A stretch of DNA of 64,000 nucleotides from Chiloscyllium plagiosum (lineage: Eukaryota). The notes under the pieces were generated by a model, which worked only from the letters and a program-made list of their open reading frames with translations, was not told the DNA's origin and made no database searches. Made by a program: the position numbers and the translations under genes. This document shows positions 1-13,149 of this stretch, one piece after another (the stretch's first letter is position 1; each line of letters starts with the position of its first letter). Location: contig NC_057720.1 of NCBI RefSeq assembly GCF_004010195.1, positions 17,023,849-17,087,848 on the forward strand, given 5' to 3'.

Positions 1-205
1 AATCACCTTCATCCCCTCCCCCACTCACCCATTGTACTCTATTCTACTTTCTCCCCACCCCCACTCTCCTCTCGCTTATCTCTCCATGCTTCAGGCTCAC
101 TGCCTTTATTCCTGATGAAGGGCTTTTGCCCGAAAGGTCGATTTCGCTGTTCCTTGGATGCTGCCTGAACTGCTGTGCTCTTCCAGCACCACTAATCCAA
201 CACTC
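1..205 (+). mobile_element. Penelope-like element 3' terminus (pLTR) with hammerhead motif
   Basis: C/T-rich tract followed by CTGATGA-AGGGCTTTTGCCC-GAAAGGTC and ggatgctgcctgaactgctgtgctcttccagca; the same terminus follows GIY-YIG coding sequence at 36346-36762. Confidence 0.75.
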
Positions 206-299
206 TAACCACGTCTGAAGAGATGCTGGACATTGCTCCTGTATTGCTGCAATCATAATACAGGAAGGCTGAGGTTAATTCAGTGCTTACCATCCCTCT

Positions 300-525
300 G
301 ACTGAGATGACTTGATGCCCTTGAGAAGGTGGTGGTGAGCTGTCGTCTTGAATAACTGCAGTTCACTTTCTGTGGTAGATCCACAAAGTTGCTTGTAACT
401 CCCTCCCTCAGGGCATTGTGGGTCTACCTACAGTATATGGACTGCAGCAGTTCACTACCACCTTCTCGAGGACATTTAAGAATTGGCAACAAACATTGGC
501 CCAGCCAGCAACACCCACATTCTAC
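300..525. mobile_element. Zenon-like LINE 3' tail fragments (both orientations)
   Basis: gcccttgagaaggtggtggtgagctg (minus) and ggactgcagcagttc...ggcccagccagcaacacccacat (plus) match the LINE tail at 51950-52090. Confidence 0.6.
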
Positions 526-1079
526 AGATGAAAAATAATTGTTAAAGTGATCTCAGTCAGAGGGCTGATAGAGATTAACTTCAGCACTGCTGGGTAGTTG
601 AAGGTTAGTAAAGCAGGACTGTGGTTCCTGAGCAGTAGGCAGTAGATCCTATTGGAACATCTCTTCTGTGAATGGCAGATAAAGAAAGGATTGTGTTTGA
701 CTGTGACTCCTTGCACTGTTCAATAGCCTGATAATACTAAATCACAGGCCACAAACAAATAGTGGATTCTTGGGTCTTTTAGAGGAAGAACTAAATTACG
801 AATCAATTGACATTAAAATTATGCGAAATGGAGAAAACATAGTTGAGTGTTAAGGAAAGGTTAAATGGGAGACAGAGAGAATTTAAAATGTGTTGCGCCC
901 ATATGTGTTAGTGATTTTTGAGAAGATTTGTAACTCAGAATTTAAAATTTAAACTGTGAAATTTACTCTGCAAATAAAAGTAAAAGAAAATAATTAAATA
1001 TGAGGTATTCTAAGAGAGGAAACTGTCGTGTTTACAAAAGAATTACTGCTGAAAAGGAAACCCCAAATGAAAGAGTTCA

Positions 1080-1920
1080 TAAAAGGTATAATGGGATCTG
1101 AGTTCTGAGAGAAATGGGATGTGGTGGATGCCTACAAATTGTTTCTGCAAACTATAGAGAATGGATACGTACCAAAGGACTGAGATAGTAATGTGATACC
1201 CTCTTTCAAATATGGGAGATAGATTTAAATTGAATAATTCCAGGCAGTTTATTTTAACAGTCACTGCAACAAACAGCTTGGGGATATTTAATGAAAGAAG
1301 AAACCATTAAACAACTAAATGAAGACAAAATATTTATAAGCAGCTAACACAGATTTCGGAAAGTAAGTTCTGAAGAAGCCATATTGAACTTGAAACTGTT
1401 TCTCTCTATATATACAGATGCTCCCAGACTTGCTGAGTTTCTCCAGAACTTTCTGTTTTGATTTCAGATGGCAGATACCATGGGGTGAGAGAGGTAGAGG
1501 ATGATGCCCATGGGCTTTCAGAATATCTTTGACACAACAGACTATTAAAGAAGATTAAGATAATGAAGTTGGCAGGTGTAATTTGAAAGAATAATGCTGT
1601 AGGACAGTGTGGATACAAACAGGCAACCTCCAGTTATTGAGGGATTCAGAAAAAGGGGAAGTGGATAAAAGGAAAACCAGAAGAGATTTACAATGGAGAG
1701 CACAAGGAATTATTCTCATAGAGAGTGACATGACTCTGGAGTTCACGACCAGAGTTAGTGATAGAAGCTGAAACTATTGTCGGCATTTACGACTAGAACA
1801 GGCAGAATTGAAGGACAGAAACATTTAAGAAAAATGGGATCCAAAGGGCTGCCAACTGGGGAACTGGACTGTATGGGCTTAATGACTGATTTGTCTGTTG
1901 TGATTTTTGGTTGAATAGAT
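1080..1920 (+). mobile_element. Old degenerate CR1 LINE ORF2/3' fragments, with a short PLE-end-like insert at ~1365-1470
   Basis: gtaccaaaggactgagatagtaatgtgataccctctttcaaa resembles the CR1 VPEDWRxANVxPLFK region; CR1-like 3' UTR towards 1900. Confidence 0.5.
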
Positions 1921-4391
1921 TTGAGTACATCCTCCGTCGTGTCACTGTGCTGAAGTGCTGAGTGAGCTCCAGACCAGTGTGAGGTGCCACAATGCGTTTA
2001 ACCTAATGGAGACACAGCAGCTGCAGTATATGTCACACGAATAGCTGAGTAGGGAACGTCCAGATGTGAGATGTCAATCTTTAGAATGATTAAAAATAAC
2101 TATAACAGATGTATGTTAAGTACAATTCTTTTTGGAAAGATTTGTATAACAAGTATTCCTCCCACCAGACTTCACTCCCTCTTTAAATAATTAAGCTTCA
2201 TTAATATCAATTGTTAGACATTACCCATCTGCTCAATCATATACACTGTTAATGTGACACTAAAAGATAAGCTTAAGAATATGTTGGGCATTGATGTATA
2301 ATCCTACAGGATTTGTTTCTAATGTAACGTATTTGAAAGGTCAGATCTTAATCATGGTAAAATTATTATTTTTTTTAAACATTAACCTTCACTCTTGCTG
2401 ATTTTTCTCTCTTTGTCAATTAATTACAACTGCCTCATGCCAGGAAACTGAAGTAATCTGTGCTGAATTCTGTGTAATTTGTCTATTGCCTGGGCCTGAT
2501 TCCCAATAAAACCTTTCAGTATTTGTTCCCCTTAATACGCAGGTCCTCTTTGCGAGTGATAAGAGCTTAGTTTTGGAGATTTCTTTCTTTTGAAGTTGCC
2601 TCTCTTACTGCCCTACTACAAATTATCAAATTTAATATTGAATTAATTTTTATGTAAGGCATCAGTTTTTAGAAATGAGACGCATTTCATTTCAGGTACT
2701 CTGTATAAGCAATGCAGAGTCCCAGTTCAGGCCTGAAAACAAACTCAACCTGGGTTAATGATTCACCATAAGCCCCCAGGCTCCCCACTTCAACATTCCT
2801 ATCTTGTGGCCTCTCAAGTCTCCCTTTAAGATCCAATTCCCTCAGTCCCACGACAGCAGGGCTGAATCTGTTGAACCTGCTTTTGGAGATGGGGTGGGGG
2901 GAGAGAGAGAGGCGTGCTAACATTGTTACCACGCTTGAAAGTCATAGCACTTAACTGCTTGAGCAGACCACTTCAAACAAATTGGTCAGTGCACTGATAA
3001 CCTTAGTTGATTAATTGCACAATAACACGCAGACTGCCAGAAACATGAAAGAACAAAACAAGAGATTTTGGTGATACACATATTTACATGTGAAAGTTTT
3101 CAATCTGTATTAAAAGTCCACTGAAGATTTATGCTGAGACATAATTTGACCTTTTTTTGGGGTCGATCTGGGGCGGGGAAGCAGTTTGGGGCTCAATCTG
3201 CTTGCTTTTTGTTCCTGCCCCTTGTTGGGTTAATTGATTCAGCTCAAGGAGGGAGTAGGCATTTCCTCTGCATGCCCTTCAATGTGACGGCATCATGGCA
3301 GGACTAGTGCCAAGCTCACCGCTCCACCCCCTTCCCCCGCAGCCTCCTCAGAAATCCGGTCTATTTTTCTCGGTAGCTGCCGACAAGCGCACTCTCTTCC
3401 ATGAAAAATGAATAGTGACAGGAACGACAAGGACCTCCTCTCTTCCTGTGAAGCAACGCATTTAAAGAGCCAGTAGATCTGAGGGAGATATCGGAAAATG
3501 TGCTCTGCTGTCCCCCTGACATATTGTTATTAGTACAGATGTGAAGCTACTCTTATTATTAAAAAGACACTGCCCCTCCCACATGGGATAGGATGGAAGT
3601 GAAAACCAAAGTCCTTACCCTATTGTGGCTGACAGAATGTTGGACTTCCAAAACCATTAAGTCCTCATTGTTAAGAACTAAGCAGAATGCATTTTTCTCA
3701 CAGTTATTATCAAATTAGGAATGCAATTTCCTATGATGAAAATAAAATAGATATTTTGTTGACTATGTAAATTAAATAGAGTAGGCTGGAGATATGAACT
3801 TAAAGTTCCTGTGTGTAAGTTCAGGAACTGATGATTGTTACATGTGGATTCTCTGCTGAGCCGCCAATCATCTTTTGGCCATCAAGTTTGGTTGATAAAT
3901 GATTCTGGTTTACATCTCGGCATGCAATCTTTCTTCATTACTAAACAGATGTGCAGGTAATTGAACTCTCATTAGTCCTCCCAGTTATCTTGTACTTCAG
4001 CCAACATTTGTCCTTTCACACACCTTGAAATGTATCCAATATATATCAGTTTCAAGTACAATACAGCACCTTTCACATTATCTCCTGCCCTTGGCTGTTG
4101 ATACAGGCTCAAACCGCATGGGTGGCGAGTTGGGCCAAATATTTTCTTGGAAGAAAAAGGGTTATCTAATCTCAAGGGAAAATTATTCAGCGATAACTGC
4201 TCCTTCTAATATCTTAGTAACAGTGTAGAAATATTGAAGCAGAGCAATGCTCTTCAAGCTAAAGAAGTTTGGCTAATAGGAGTCAATGTTGGAATTAATG
4301 GAGTGGCAGGGAGAACCACATCTTAGAATTAACCAAAGTTGTCTTTCATCACTATATTATGTATCACTTTGCATTGTGTGTGTTTCTTTCT

Positions 4392-4894
4392 TTAAAAAGC
4401 TTTGTGTCTACACTTGATGTTTTCATTGCACATCCTGGTAGGAATAATGGTGATGGATGAGCACTCTGATGAACTTATGCCGGCAAAAGGAAACAATATA
4501 TTTGTTCTTCTTGATTTGTCTCTTGTTTGGTTGATTCTTGACATTCTCTTCAAGTCTGGTAGCACATCAGAGAAAGAATGCACCCATTCCAATATTCTGT
4601 CTCTTTCGTGCTCTAAAACAATCAAACAAAAAAACAGCCCATTTCATCACCATTTAGAGATTGAAATTGACATGTTAGCCACAACAATGATAATTTGTAC
4701 ATGATAAAAGGCATTTTCTAGCTGGACTTCTGGCATGAAGCTGTTGTTGGAGCCATTGGTTGTCACTGAATCAAGCTCCCCGTATAAAGCAGACAGAACC
4801 TAATCTTACCTTGCTGCAATCTTTCAAAAGAAAACCTTCTAAGATAGTATCGTGACATTCTGGGCAAGCATGTTTTCAAACAAACCTCATCCAT
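4392..4894 (-). CDS. Candidate two-exon coding segment (4894/4859-4810 joined to 4612-4392), product unknown
   Basis: CAAG|gtaaga donor at 4810/4809 and tttttttgtttgattgttttag acceptor at 4613; phases agree, giving MSRYYLRRFSFERLQQ-E-HERDRILEWVHSFSDVLPDL...RHKAF*; no homolog recognised. Confidence 0.25.
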
Positions 4895-6142
4895 CAAATT
4901 CACATTAAACGCACAAATAAAGAGGATGTTCAATTATTTTATGTAGTAGTTAATATTAGGTTAAAAACACTTATACATTTTCTCCTGCAGTTTCATTAAT
5001 GACAGAAATTGTTACTTCTTTATCAAAAAAACTCCTTATTTATAAGTTGGATCATAAAAGCCTCTCCAGTTATCCTGTTCTATTTGATTTATGACTCTCA
5101 TCCCTGATCCCAATTTAAAGTACTTTTCCAGTAAACTGATAATTGTTAGTAAATCACTCGCCATTCACAGAGAATGTATCTTGCTGAAAAGCCTCTCATT
5201 ATTTCCACAAGTTTTGACCAGTACCCATTTGCATCAGTTTAAAAAAATAGAATTTGATGTTGCTTACTTGGGCTCTGTCCAACATTATAAGACTACATGG
5301 ACCATGTCAAATCATGATACTACAATACAGTTTTCAGCAGCATCTTCACACATTGAGATGATTTAAAATCTGAACAAAGTACAATGTCTCTATCAGTAGC
5401 TCTAACAGTGAGCACTTTACAGGCTATATTTGGGATATGTTGAACAAGAATATCACAACCAGCTCTAAATGTAATAAAAATTACACCAGTTCAACATTTA
5501 AGCGTGGCATGAAAATTCCTCTATGCTGTGAAGTTGACAGAGTAGTAATATTGAGGAATGATTTGTGAATAGTAGATCAGGAACCTAATTGGTGTTCAAC
5601 AATGTTATTCACTGCCCTTATGCTTAGCAAGATGAGTTACATTGGTGCTACCACATACAACATTTTCCAGCTGAGGCATCAGCAATGCCTTCAGGTCAGT
5701 AAGAGCTCAACTAGGTACAGAATAAAGGTCCTGCTATTCTACCTTAACAAGTTTTGTGCTTTGTACCTTTTCCCAGTTCCCACAAGCAGCCTGTCACAGC
5801 GATGTTTATAGTAGGAAAGGGGACTAGCTTGTCGGAATTCCCAAGGGAATTAATATTGGTTCGGGAAACAGGGACTGAATGAATTAACATAAGTTAATCA
5901 ATGGGTTTATAAAGAGTAACAAGTTCCCTGGGCATGCCAATTTCCATCCGAGGGTGATAAAGGATTTAGGGGAGAACACTGCAGATACTCTAACTATAAT
6001 CTTTGAGTCCCTTGATGCAGGAGTCTCCATCTGGATTGGAAAACGTTTGAGAAGGGAGAAAGAGGAAAATCAGGGAATTACAGACCAGTTAGCCTAACAT
6101 TTGTGGCAGGGAAATTGTTCAGAATCTACAATCAAGGATATG

Positions 6143-6232
6143 GCACAACCACCTGATGAAGCGACGTTCCGAAAGCTAGTGCTTCCAATTAAACCTATTG
6201 GACTATAACCTGGTGTTGTGTGATTTGTAACA
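6143..6232 (+). mobile_element. Short PLE pLTR fragment with degenerate hammerhead
   Basis: accacctgatgaagcgacgttccgaaagctagtgcttccaattaaacc is nearly identical to 45517-45570. Confidence 0.75.
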
Positions 6233-6351
6233 TGGTAACTAAACACCTCACAAATTTTCAGTTAATCAAGGAGACCTAGCATGCATTCAAGACAGGTAGG
6301 TCATGCCTGATAAATTTCATCGAATTTGTTGAAAAAGTAACTAAAACAGTG

Positions 6352-6666
6352 ATTAGATTAGATTACTTACAGTGTGGAAACTGGCCCTTCGGCCCAACAA
6401 GTCCACACCGCCCGCCGAAGCACAACCCACCCATACCCCTACATTTACCCCTTACCTAACACTACGGGCAATTTAGCATGGTCAATTCACCTGACCTGCA
6501 CATCTTTGAACTGTGGGAGGAAACCGGAGCACCCGGAGGAAACCCACGCAGACACAGGGAGAACATGCAAACTCCACACAGTCAGTCGCCTGAGGCAGGA
6601 ATTGAACCCTGGTCTCTGGCGCTGTGAGGCAACAGTGCTAGCCACTGTGCCACCGTGCCACCCACG
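6352..6666 (-). mobile_element. HE1-type tRNA-derived SINE (young, AATCT tail)
   Basis: Minus strand: A box tggcacagtgg, B box ggttcaattcc, V-domain gtgtggagtttgca..., tail gggccgaagggcc..(aatct)n. Confidence 0.9.
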
Positions 6667-7764
6667 GGGACAGGGAAATGTATATATATGTTGCCTGCAT
6701 GGACTTCTGTGAGTATTGTTTGTGTGGACTTCCAGAAAGCAACAAAGTTCCACAAAAGAGACTGTTACCTAAGATAGAAGCCAGCACATTTGAAGGTAAA
6801 TTGGTTGTGGCCAAAAATGAGGACAATGGGTAGGTACTCAAATTGGAGAATGTGACCAGTGGTGTCCTACAAGAGTCTGTGTTAGGGCCACAATTGTTCA
6901 CATTATTTATTGGTGACTTGGATAATATCATTTCCAAAGTCAGGTATCCAGATTTACTGATGACGCAAAGTTAACTGGCATTGTAGATAGTGTAGATGAT
7001 TGTGTAAAATTACAAAGGAATATTGATAGACTAAATGAATGGGGAAAATCTGTGGCAAATGAAGGTCAATGGAAGCAAGTGTGAGGCTATTCATTTTGGA
7101 CCAGAAAAGGATGGATCAGGGTACTTTTTCAATGGCGTGAAGTTAAATACAGATGTCCAGAAAGACCTAGAAGTTTGAATGTATAGATTTTTAATATGTT
7201 TCAAATGTGTGCAGAAAATAATCATGGAACCTTGATGGAATGTTGGCTTTTACATCTACAGGGCTGGGGTATAAGGACAGAGAAGACATGCTGCAATTGT
7301 ACAAAATATTGATTAGAGCCCATTTGGAGTACTTTCAGCAGATGTGGGCACCACACCTTAGAAGAGTATATTGACTTTTGGGGGAGTGCAACATAAGTTT
7401 ATAAGAATGATGCCTGGACGTCAGGAGTTAAGAGGAGAAATTGTACAAATAAGGCTTGGTTTCTCCAGAAATTAGGAAGTTAAATCTTGATTGGATTGAA
7501 ATCTTCAAGATATTAACAAGAAAAGACAGGGTAGATAACGATAAACTATTTCCACTGGTTGGAGATTCTAGAACCAGAGGGTATGGACTGAGAATTAGGG
7601 TCAGACCTTTCAGAAGAAATGTTAGGAAATACGTCTACGCACAAAGGGTGTTAGATGTTAGCAACTAATAGCAAAGGTTGGTGGATCAGTTGTTAGTTTT
7701 ATATATGAGAGAAATAAAGTTTTGTTTAACAAAGGTATTAAGGGATGTGGGCCAAAAGCAGGTA

Positions 7765-7963
7765 CAGTCAGTTCTTCAGTAATAGTATTCTTGTGCAGCC
7801 CTGTGTTATAGAAAAATTGCACTTAACGTGTCGATGCTGTAATCATGTTATGGCTGACACACATTTTAAAAATTCATGCTTTAGAAACAACATCCCCAAT
7901 TCATTGATCGAATTACAGCGAGGTTGTGTTGACGAAACGTGTGTGTTATAGCAGAATGACCTG
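7765..7963. mobile_element. Possible Tc1/mariner (Tigger-like) MITE
   Basis: Interrupts the CR1 3' UTR at ggTA|cag...ctg|; degenerate terminal inverted repeat (cagtcagttcttcagtaa / ttatagcagaatgacctg). Confidence 0.35.
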
Positions 7964-8084
7964 TGTATGGAGTCAGGCTACAGTTCAGCCATAATCTCAA
8001 TGAATGGTGGAACAGGCTTAAGATATTGAATGGCTTACCTCCATGGTCCTATATCACTGATTAACAGAAGTTTTAAGCTGTGGA

Positions 8085-8365
8085 TCCATGATGAAATTCA
8101 GAGATAGACATGAGAATTCCTAGAAACATGGCATTCCAACCAGAACTCTATCAACATCGAGTTAGACCACATTTACCCCTGAGAAAAGGAACCAGAAATG
8201 ACATCACCACAGGAAATGACATCGCCAACTCAAGCATATAAATAGAAAGCAGCAAGTATCAGCAGTGCTTCGCCCGGGGGCCCACTGAAGATGTTACCTA
8301 GTATGATGACGAAACATCTAGAAATGAACCTTCCAGCTCAGCAAGCAAACCTGCATCCACACAAT
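8085..8365 (+). mobile_element. Penelope-like element 3' fragment (second family) with hammerhead motif
   Basis: EFLETWHSNQNSIN..LDHIY resembles a GIY-YIG C-terminus; CTGAAGA-tgttacc..gatgac-GAAACATC at 8285-8318. Confidence 0.65.
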
Positions 8366-8459
8366 AAGAATGTGGAGCTGTTATATTCAAGTATGATTCT
8401 TTGGTCATTATTTCATAATATTGCTACTGAACTCAGACAGATGACACTTAAAATACAAA

Positions 8460-8790
8460 CAGTGGTCAGCACTGTTGCTTCACTGTGCAAGAGACCCAGG
8501 TTCGTTTTCACCCTGAGGTGACCATCTGTGTGGAGTTTGCACATTTTTCTCATGTCTGTGTGGGTTTCCTCCTGGTTCTCTGATTTCCTCTCTCAGTTCA
8601 AAGATGTGCAGGTTAGGTGGACTGGCCATGCTAAATTGGCCATAGTGTCAACAGATCTGTAGGTTATGTGGATTAGCCATGGCAAATGTGGGGTTACAGG
8701 GAAAGGGCTGTGTTTGGGTGCAATGATCTTTGGAGAGTCAGTGCAAACTGGATTAGCCAAGTGGCCTCTTTCCACTCTGAAGGGATTCAA
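8460..8790 (+). mobile_element. Older HE1-type SINE
   Basis: agtggtcagcactgttgc...tgtgtggagtttgcac...caaagatgtgcaggttagg. Confidence 0.8.
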
Positions 8791-8892
8791 TATGTGAATG
8801 AAATTAAATACAGACGTTGCAAAATCAACCCCAAAGAAGATATTACTGGTTCCGCTCTGAATTATTTCCCTGCCCAATCTTGGAAAGTTGAT

Positions 8893-9232
8893 TTTTTTTT
8901 AACTCATTTACAGGACGTGAGTGTTGCTGGCTCGGCCAGCATTTATTGCCCATCCTTAATTGCCCAGAGGGCAGTTAAGAGTCTATCTTATTGATGTGGA
9001 GTCAACTTAGGCCAGACCAGGTAAGGCTTCCCTCAAGAGCATCAGTGAATCAAATGGGCTTTTCCAACAATTGACAATGGATTTATGGTTATCATTAGAC
9101 CCTTGATTCCAGATTTTTATTGAATTCAAATCTACCATCTGCCATGATGGATTCAAACCCAGATCCCCAGAACATTAGCTGGATCTCTGGATTAACAGTC
9201 CAATGGATACTGCTACTGGGCCAATGCCTCCC
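8893..9232 (-). mobile_element. tRNA-headed SINE derived from the Zenon-like LINE
   Basis: Minus strand: A box tggcccagtag, B box ggtttgaatcc, then ...gactcttaactgccctctg joined directly to the LINE tail gggcaataaatgctggcc. Confidence 0.75.
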
Positions 9233-9514
9233 CAGTTGGATCTCACCGATCTTGCTGATTTTCTCTTTTAAGTTTTAAAATGTGTTCAACTGCACAAGTG
9301 TTAAAGATATCACCATTCAACTTTCAGGTGAAGTGGTCTTGACTTTTTATTCACTGCTGTAGTTAGTAGAAATCTTGAATTTTTTTGCCATTGAAGGGAT
9401 AAACAGGCAGGGCGTAAGGATCTTTGTAAGGAATGGGGTGGATTTGCACTGTCACGAAATCCTTGTTCCAAGTCAGAGGCTATAGTTGCAGTTTCTACTC
9501 CTGCTATAGCACCA

Positions 9515-10040
9515 CAGGGGATCAGTTATCTCAGTTGGCTCAGTGGCTGGTTTGTGATGCCAATGGCATGGGTTGAGGATGGCACATTGGCTCAGTGGTT
9601 AACACTGCTGCCTCACAGCTCCAGCAACCCAAGTTTGATTCCAACCTGGGGCAACTGTCTGTGTGGAAGTTGCACATTCTCCCCATGTCTGCATGGGTTT
9701 TCTCTGGATGTTCTGGTTTCCTCCTACAGTTCAAAGATGTGCAGGTTAGGTCGATTGGCCATGGCGAATGTGGGGTTGCAGGTTAAGGGTCTGGGGATGG
9801 GCCTGGGTGAGTTGCTGTTTGGAGGATTGATGTAGGCTGAATGGCCTGCTTCCACACTATGGGATTCTATGATTCCTGCATCAGCTGAGGTTGCCATTAA
9901 GAATTATCCTTCTCAATGTCTGCCCTTGCCTGAGGCATGGTGACCCATCACGTTAAACCATCGTCAGTTGTCCCTGTCTCTCTCTCTCTCTCTCTGATGC
10001 AAGACCAGCCGTGCAGTCTGGTAGGACTATGGGAACTCTA
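9515..10040 (+). mobile_element. Third tRNA-derived SINE family, split by an HE1 insertion at ~9578-9872
   Basis: Head ggggatcagttatctcagttggct..; B-box gggttg|attcc is interrupted by a complete HE1 copy; body continues gcctgaggcatggtgaccc.. Confidence 0.6.
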
Positions 10041-11219
10041 CAGTACCACAGTAGGATGAGACAGAGACAGGGGGGAGGTTGTTGGCAAAGGGAAGAGGTA
10101 AAGTTTGTTCAGCACAGGGTCTTGCTCTCTTAAGGAACTATTCTCCAGGAAGGAGGATTCTGAGGATGTTACAGTTTATTAAGAAGGTTTTCACTGATCT
10201 GTCCCAACATCACCTATTCAATTTCAATGCCTGAAGATTCTTCCAAACAGGAGCTGCTGACAGGATCCCTGCAGCACATAAGGAGTCCATTCAGTCTGCT
10301 GTGCTGAGCTGTGCTCACCCTGTTTCTTTGCTATTTTCATGTAATAGTCTGATTCTCAGTTGAAGGCCATGAACCTGCCTCCACCACTCCCTCCTGAGTA
10401 CATTCCAGATTCTCGCTACTCGCTGTGCAAAAGAGTTTCTTGTCATGTCTCCATTGCCTCTTTTGCCAATCAGTTTGAATCGATTTACCACTGAATTGAA
10501 TTCGCCAATAAATCTCAGATTCCCTGCTCAGCAAGGTCACAGAGAAGCTGTATGGATTGTTATCTTTTCTCCAACCACAGCAATGGAAGAGTTGCTGAGT
10601 GGGGCCATTCCCAAAGGTACATTGAGTCATCAGTTGCACACAAGTGACACTGAGGGTGCTACACCTTAATGGGAGATAATATGCAATATCAAAGGTTTCC
10701 AGCAACGTTGCATACAATGAGTGTGTGATCATATTGGTGAAGGTCGACCAACCTGGTATCAGACACGATGCATCCATCAGGTGCTAGTGAGCATTTCCCA
10801 TTCAGTTAATGGCCACCATGACTAACCAGACAATAGCTTCTCAGCAACAAGGGTCATTTGTTTTGTCTGTGGCTGGTGTCTTCTCTTAGCCACATGACTC
10901 TGCATCTTCTGTCATGCCAACATGTTTGCAACATTTGTCCATGCCCCTTAGCATCATAGAGTCATAGAACCACACAGTAGAGAATAGGCCCTTCACCCTT
11001 TGGCCCATCGAGTCTGTGTCCTCCTGAAGCAATGGTTCCGCTGACTGAAAATGCTGTTGGAGGGGCTGTCCCCTCCAGTACCAACAGAAGCTGTCTCCTC
11101 ATTTACAATGGTCCGCTGAAACTTCACAACCTGGCCATCTTAAAGGCGATATTTCAGGAGAACGAGGAACAATAGGAGGGAAGACAAAAGGGAAGAGGAG
11201 GGAGGGAGAACAAATAAGG

Positions 11220-12720
11220 GTCATGAGCTTAATTGAATTTTTTGAGGAAGTAACAAGGAGAATTGATGAGGGGCAATTGGTTACATGGATTTTAATAAGG
11301 CATTGGACAAGGTCCCAGAAGGCAGACAGGTCAGAAAAAGTAAAGCCCATGGGCTATAGGGGGATGTGATGATTTGTTCCAAATTTGGCTCAGTGACAGG
11401 AAACAAAGAGTAATGGTTGATGGATTTTATTTTTGTGAATTGCAAATGATCTCCAAAGATATTCCACAGGACACTGTTCTAAGTCTCTTGCTGTGTGTGA
11501 TATGTATCGATGATTTAAATGTGGGATCCACGATTGGGAAATTTGCAGATGACTCAAAAATTGCTGGATATTTGATTATGAAGAGGAAGACTGGTGACTG
11601 CAGGAAGATACCAATGGTTTGGTTGAATGGACAGAAAAATAGCAAATGGAATTTAATCTCAAGAAGTTTTTTTTAAATGCATTCACAGGATAAAAGCACT
11701 GCTGACTAGTCCAATATTTATTGCCCATCCCAGAGGGCAGTTAAGAATCAATCATATTGCTGTGGGTGTGGAGTCATATCTTGGCCTGACCACATGAGGA
11801 TGACAAATCTCCTTCTTGCAAAGACATTAATGAACCAAATGGGTTTTTCCTGACAGTTGACAATGGGTTCATAGTCATTATTAGACTTGTAATTCCAGAT
11901 TTATTTCTGATTCATATCTGAATCTGAATTAAGTCCAGACCTGCTGTGGTGGGATTCAAACCCAGGTCGCTACAACATTACCTGGTTCTCTGGATTAGTG
12001 GTAATATTACTAGGCCATCACCTACCCGTCAGTGTGAGATTATGTATTTGTGGCGGGTAAATAAAACAAAGGAATACGTAGCAACATAAAAGATTGTGCA
12101 GTGCATGTCATCAGGTCCCTGAAGATAGGAGGACAAGTAGACAAAATGATTAAGAGGACATCCGGGATGCTTTCAGTCTGAGACTGTATAAGACATTGGT
12201 TAGGCCACAGCTGGAGTTGTCTATTTCTGGTCACAACATTACAGAAAAGACATAACTAGTCCAGAGACAGTAAAAGGGAGATTTACAAAAATACCACCAG
12301 CGCTTGAAAATTACAGTAAAAGGAAAGAATAGATAGGATAGGGTTGTCTTCTTGAAACGTTAGAGGCTGAGGGGTGACTTAATCGAAGTGGATGCAATAA
12401 TGAAGGGTTTGGATAGAATGGAGAGGACATGATTCCCCTAGATGCACGGTAATTAGCAGAGGAGCAAATTTAAGGTGGTTGGTAGAAGATTAAGAGGGAA
12501 CATGAGGAAAGAGGATGATGGGTGTCTGAAATTAATTATCTAGTTTGGAGGCTGGGTCAGAAATCTTCAACAGCTATACAATGAACCTAAATCTGCACCT
12601 GTAAGCTGCAAGGATATGGACCAGCTGTTATAAAGTGGGAGTAGAATAGACAGCTAGTTTATTCAGCCGACACGTACTGAATGGCCTCTATTTGCTGTAA
12701 TCCTCTTTACATGTTTCTAG
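11220..12720 (+). mobile_element. Degenerate CR1 LINE RT/3' end, interrupted by a minus-strand tRNA-headed SINE at ~11665-12026
   Basis: ORF track WLSDRKQRVMVDG...IPQDTVL...GKFADDSKI; the insert matches 8893-9232. Confidence 0.75.
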
Positions 12721-13149
12721 AGAGGGAAAATCCTATTTAACCTCATCCTCACCAATCTCCCTGTGTGAAATACAACTGGATATAGAAGGGGCACTGCTGA
12801 GGGTGAGTGGAGTCAGTGTCTGTTTGATGGATGAAAGTGTAGATTCACATCTGGACAATAGGACGCTGATGGAGCAAATATAAGAGGCATGCATTTGCAA
12901 ACTCCAGCTACATTTAATCTACAAACATTTAATCTACAAACATTTCTCTGTCCATTTGCAAAGCATGCAGGACGAGTATGTCCCGGTTGCAGATGCTGGT
13001 CCAAGGCAAATTTAGCTGCAATGCTGGCCAAAAGTCTCCTGTCACTTGTGAAACTTCCAGGCTGCTTTGGGAGGAGAGGAATATGTCTTCATGTGTCATG
13101 GAAGTATGACAATGGGCTTTACTGAATGCAACAAGATCTTGAATGATTA

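Larger units (their letters stand above)
5880..8055 (+). mobile_element. CR1/HER1-type LINE ORF2 RT and 3' UTR, degenerate, interrupted by PLE end, HE1 SINE and a MITE
   Basis: CR1 motifs GNYRPVSLT (6074), GRSCL..F (6295), GVLQESVLGPQLF (6861), FTDDAK (6954); CR1 tail tgaatggcttacctcc. Confidence 0.8.

Noticed and set aside
5268..5369. Minus-strand acceptor/donor pair upstream of the candidate ORF
   Set aside because: Stops in all frames; cannot extend the 4.4-4.9 kb candidate
6374..6712. Recurrent ORFs such as CGRKPEHPEETHADTGRTCKLHT (also 14230, 24554, 37928, 48090)
   Set aside because: Translations of HE1 SINE copies, not proteins
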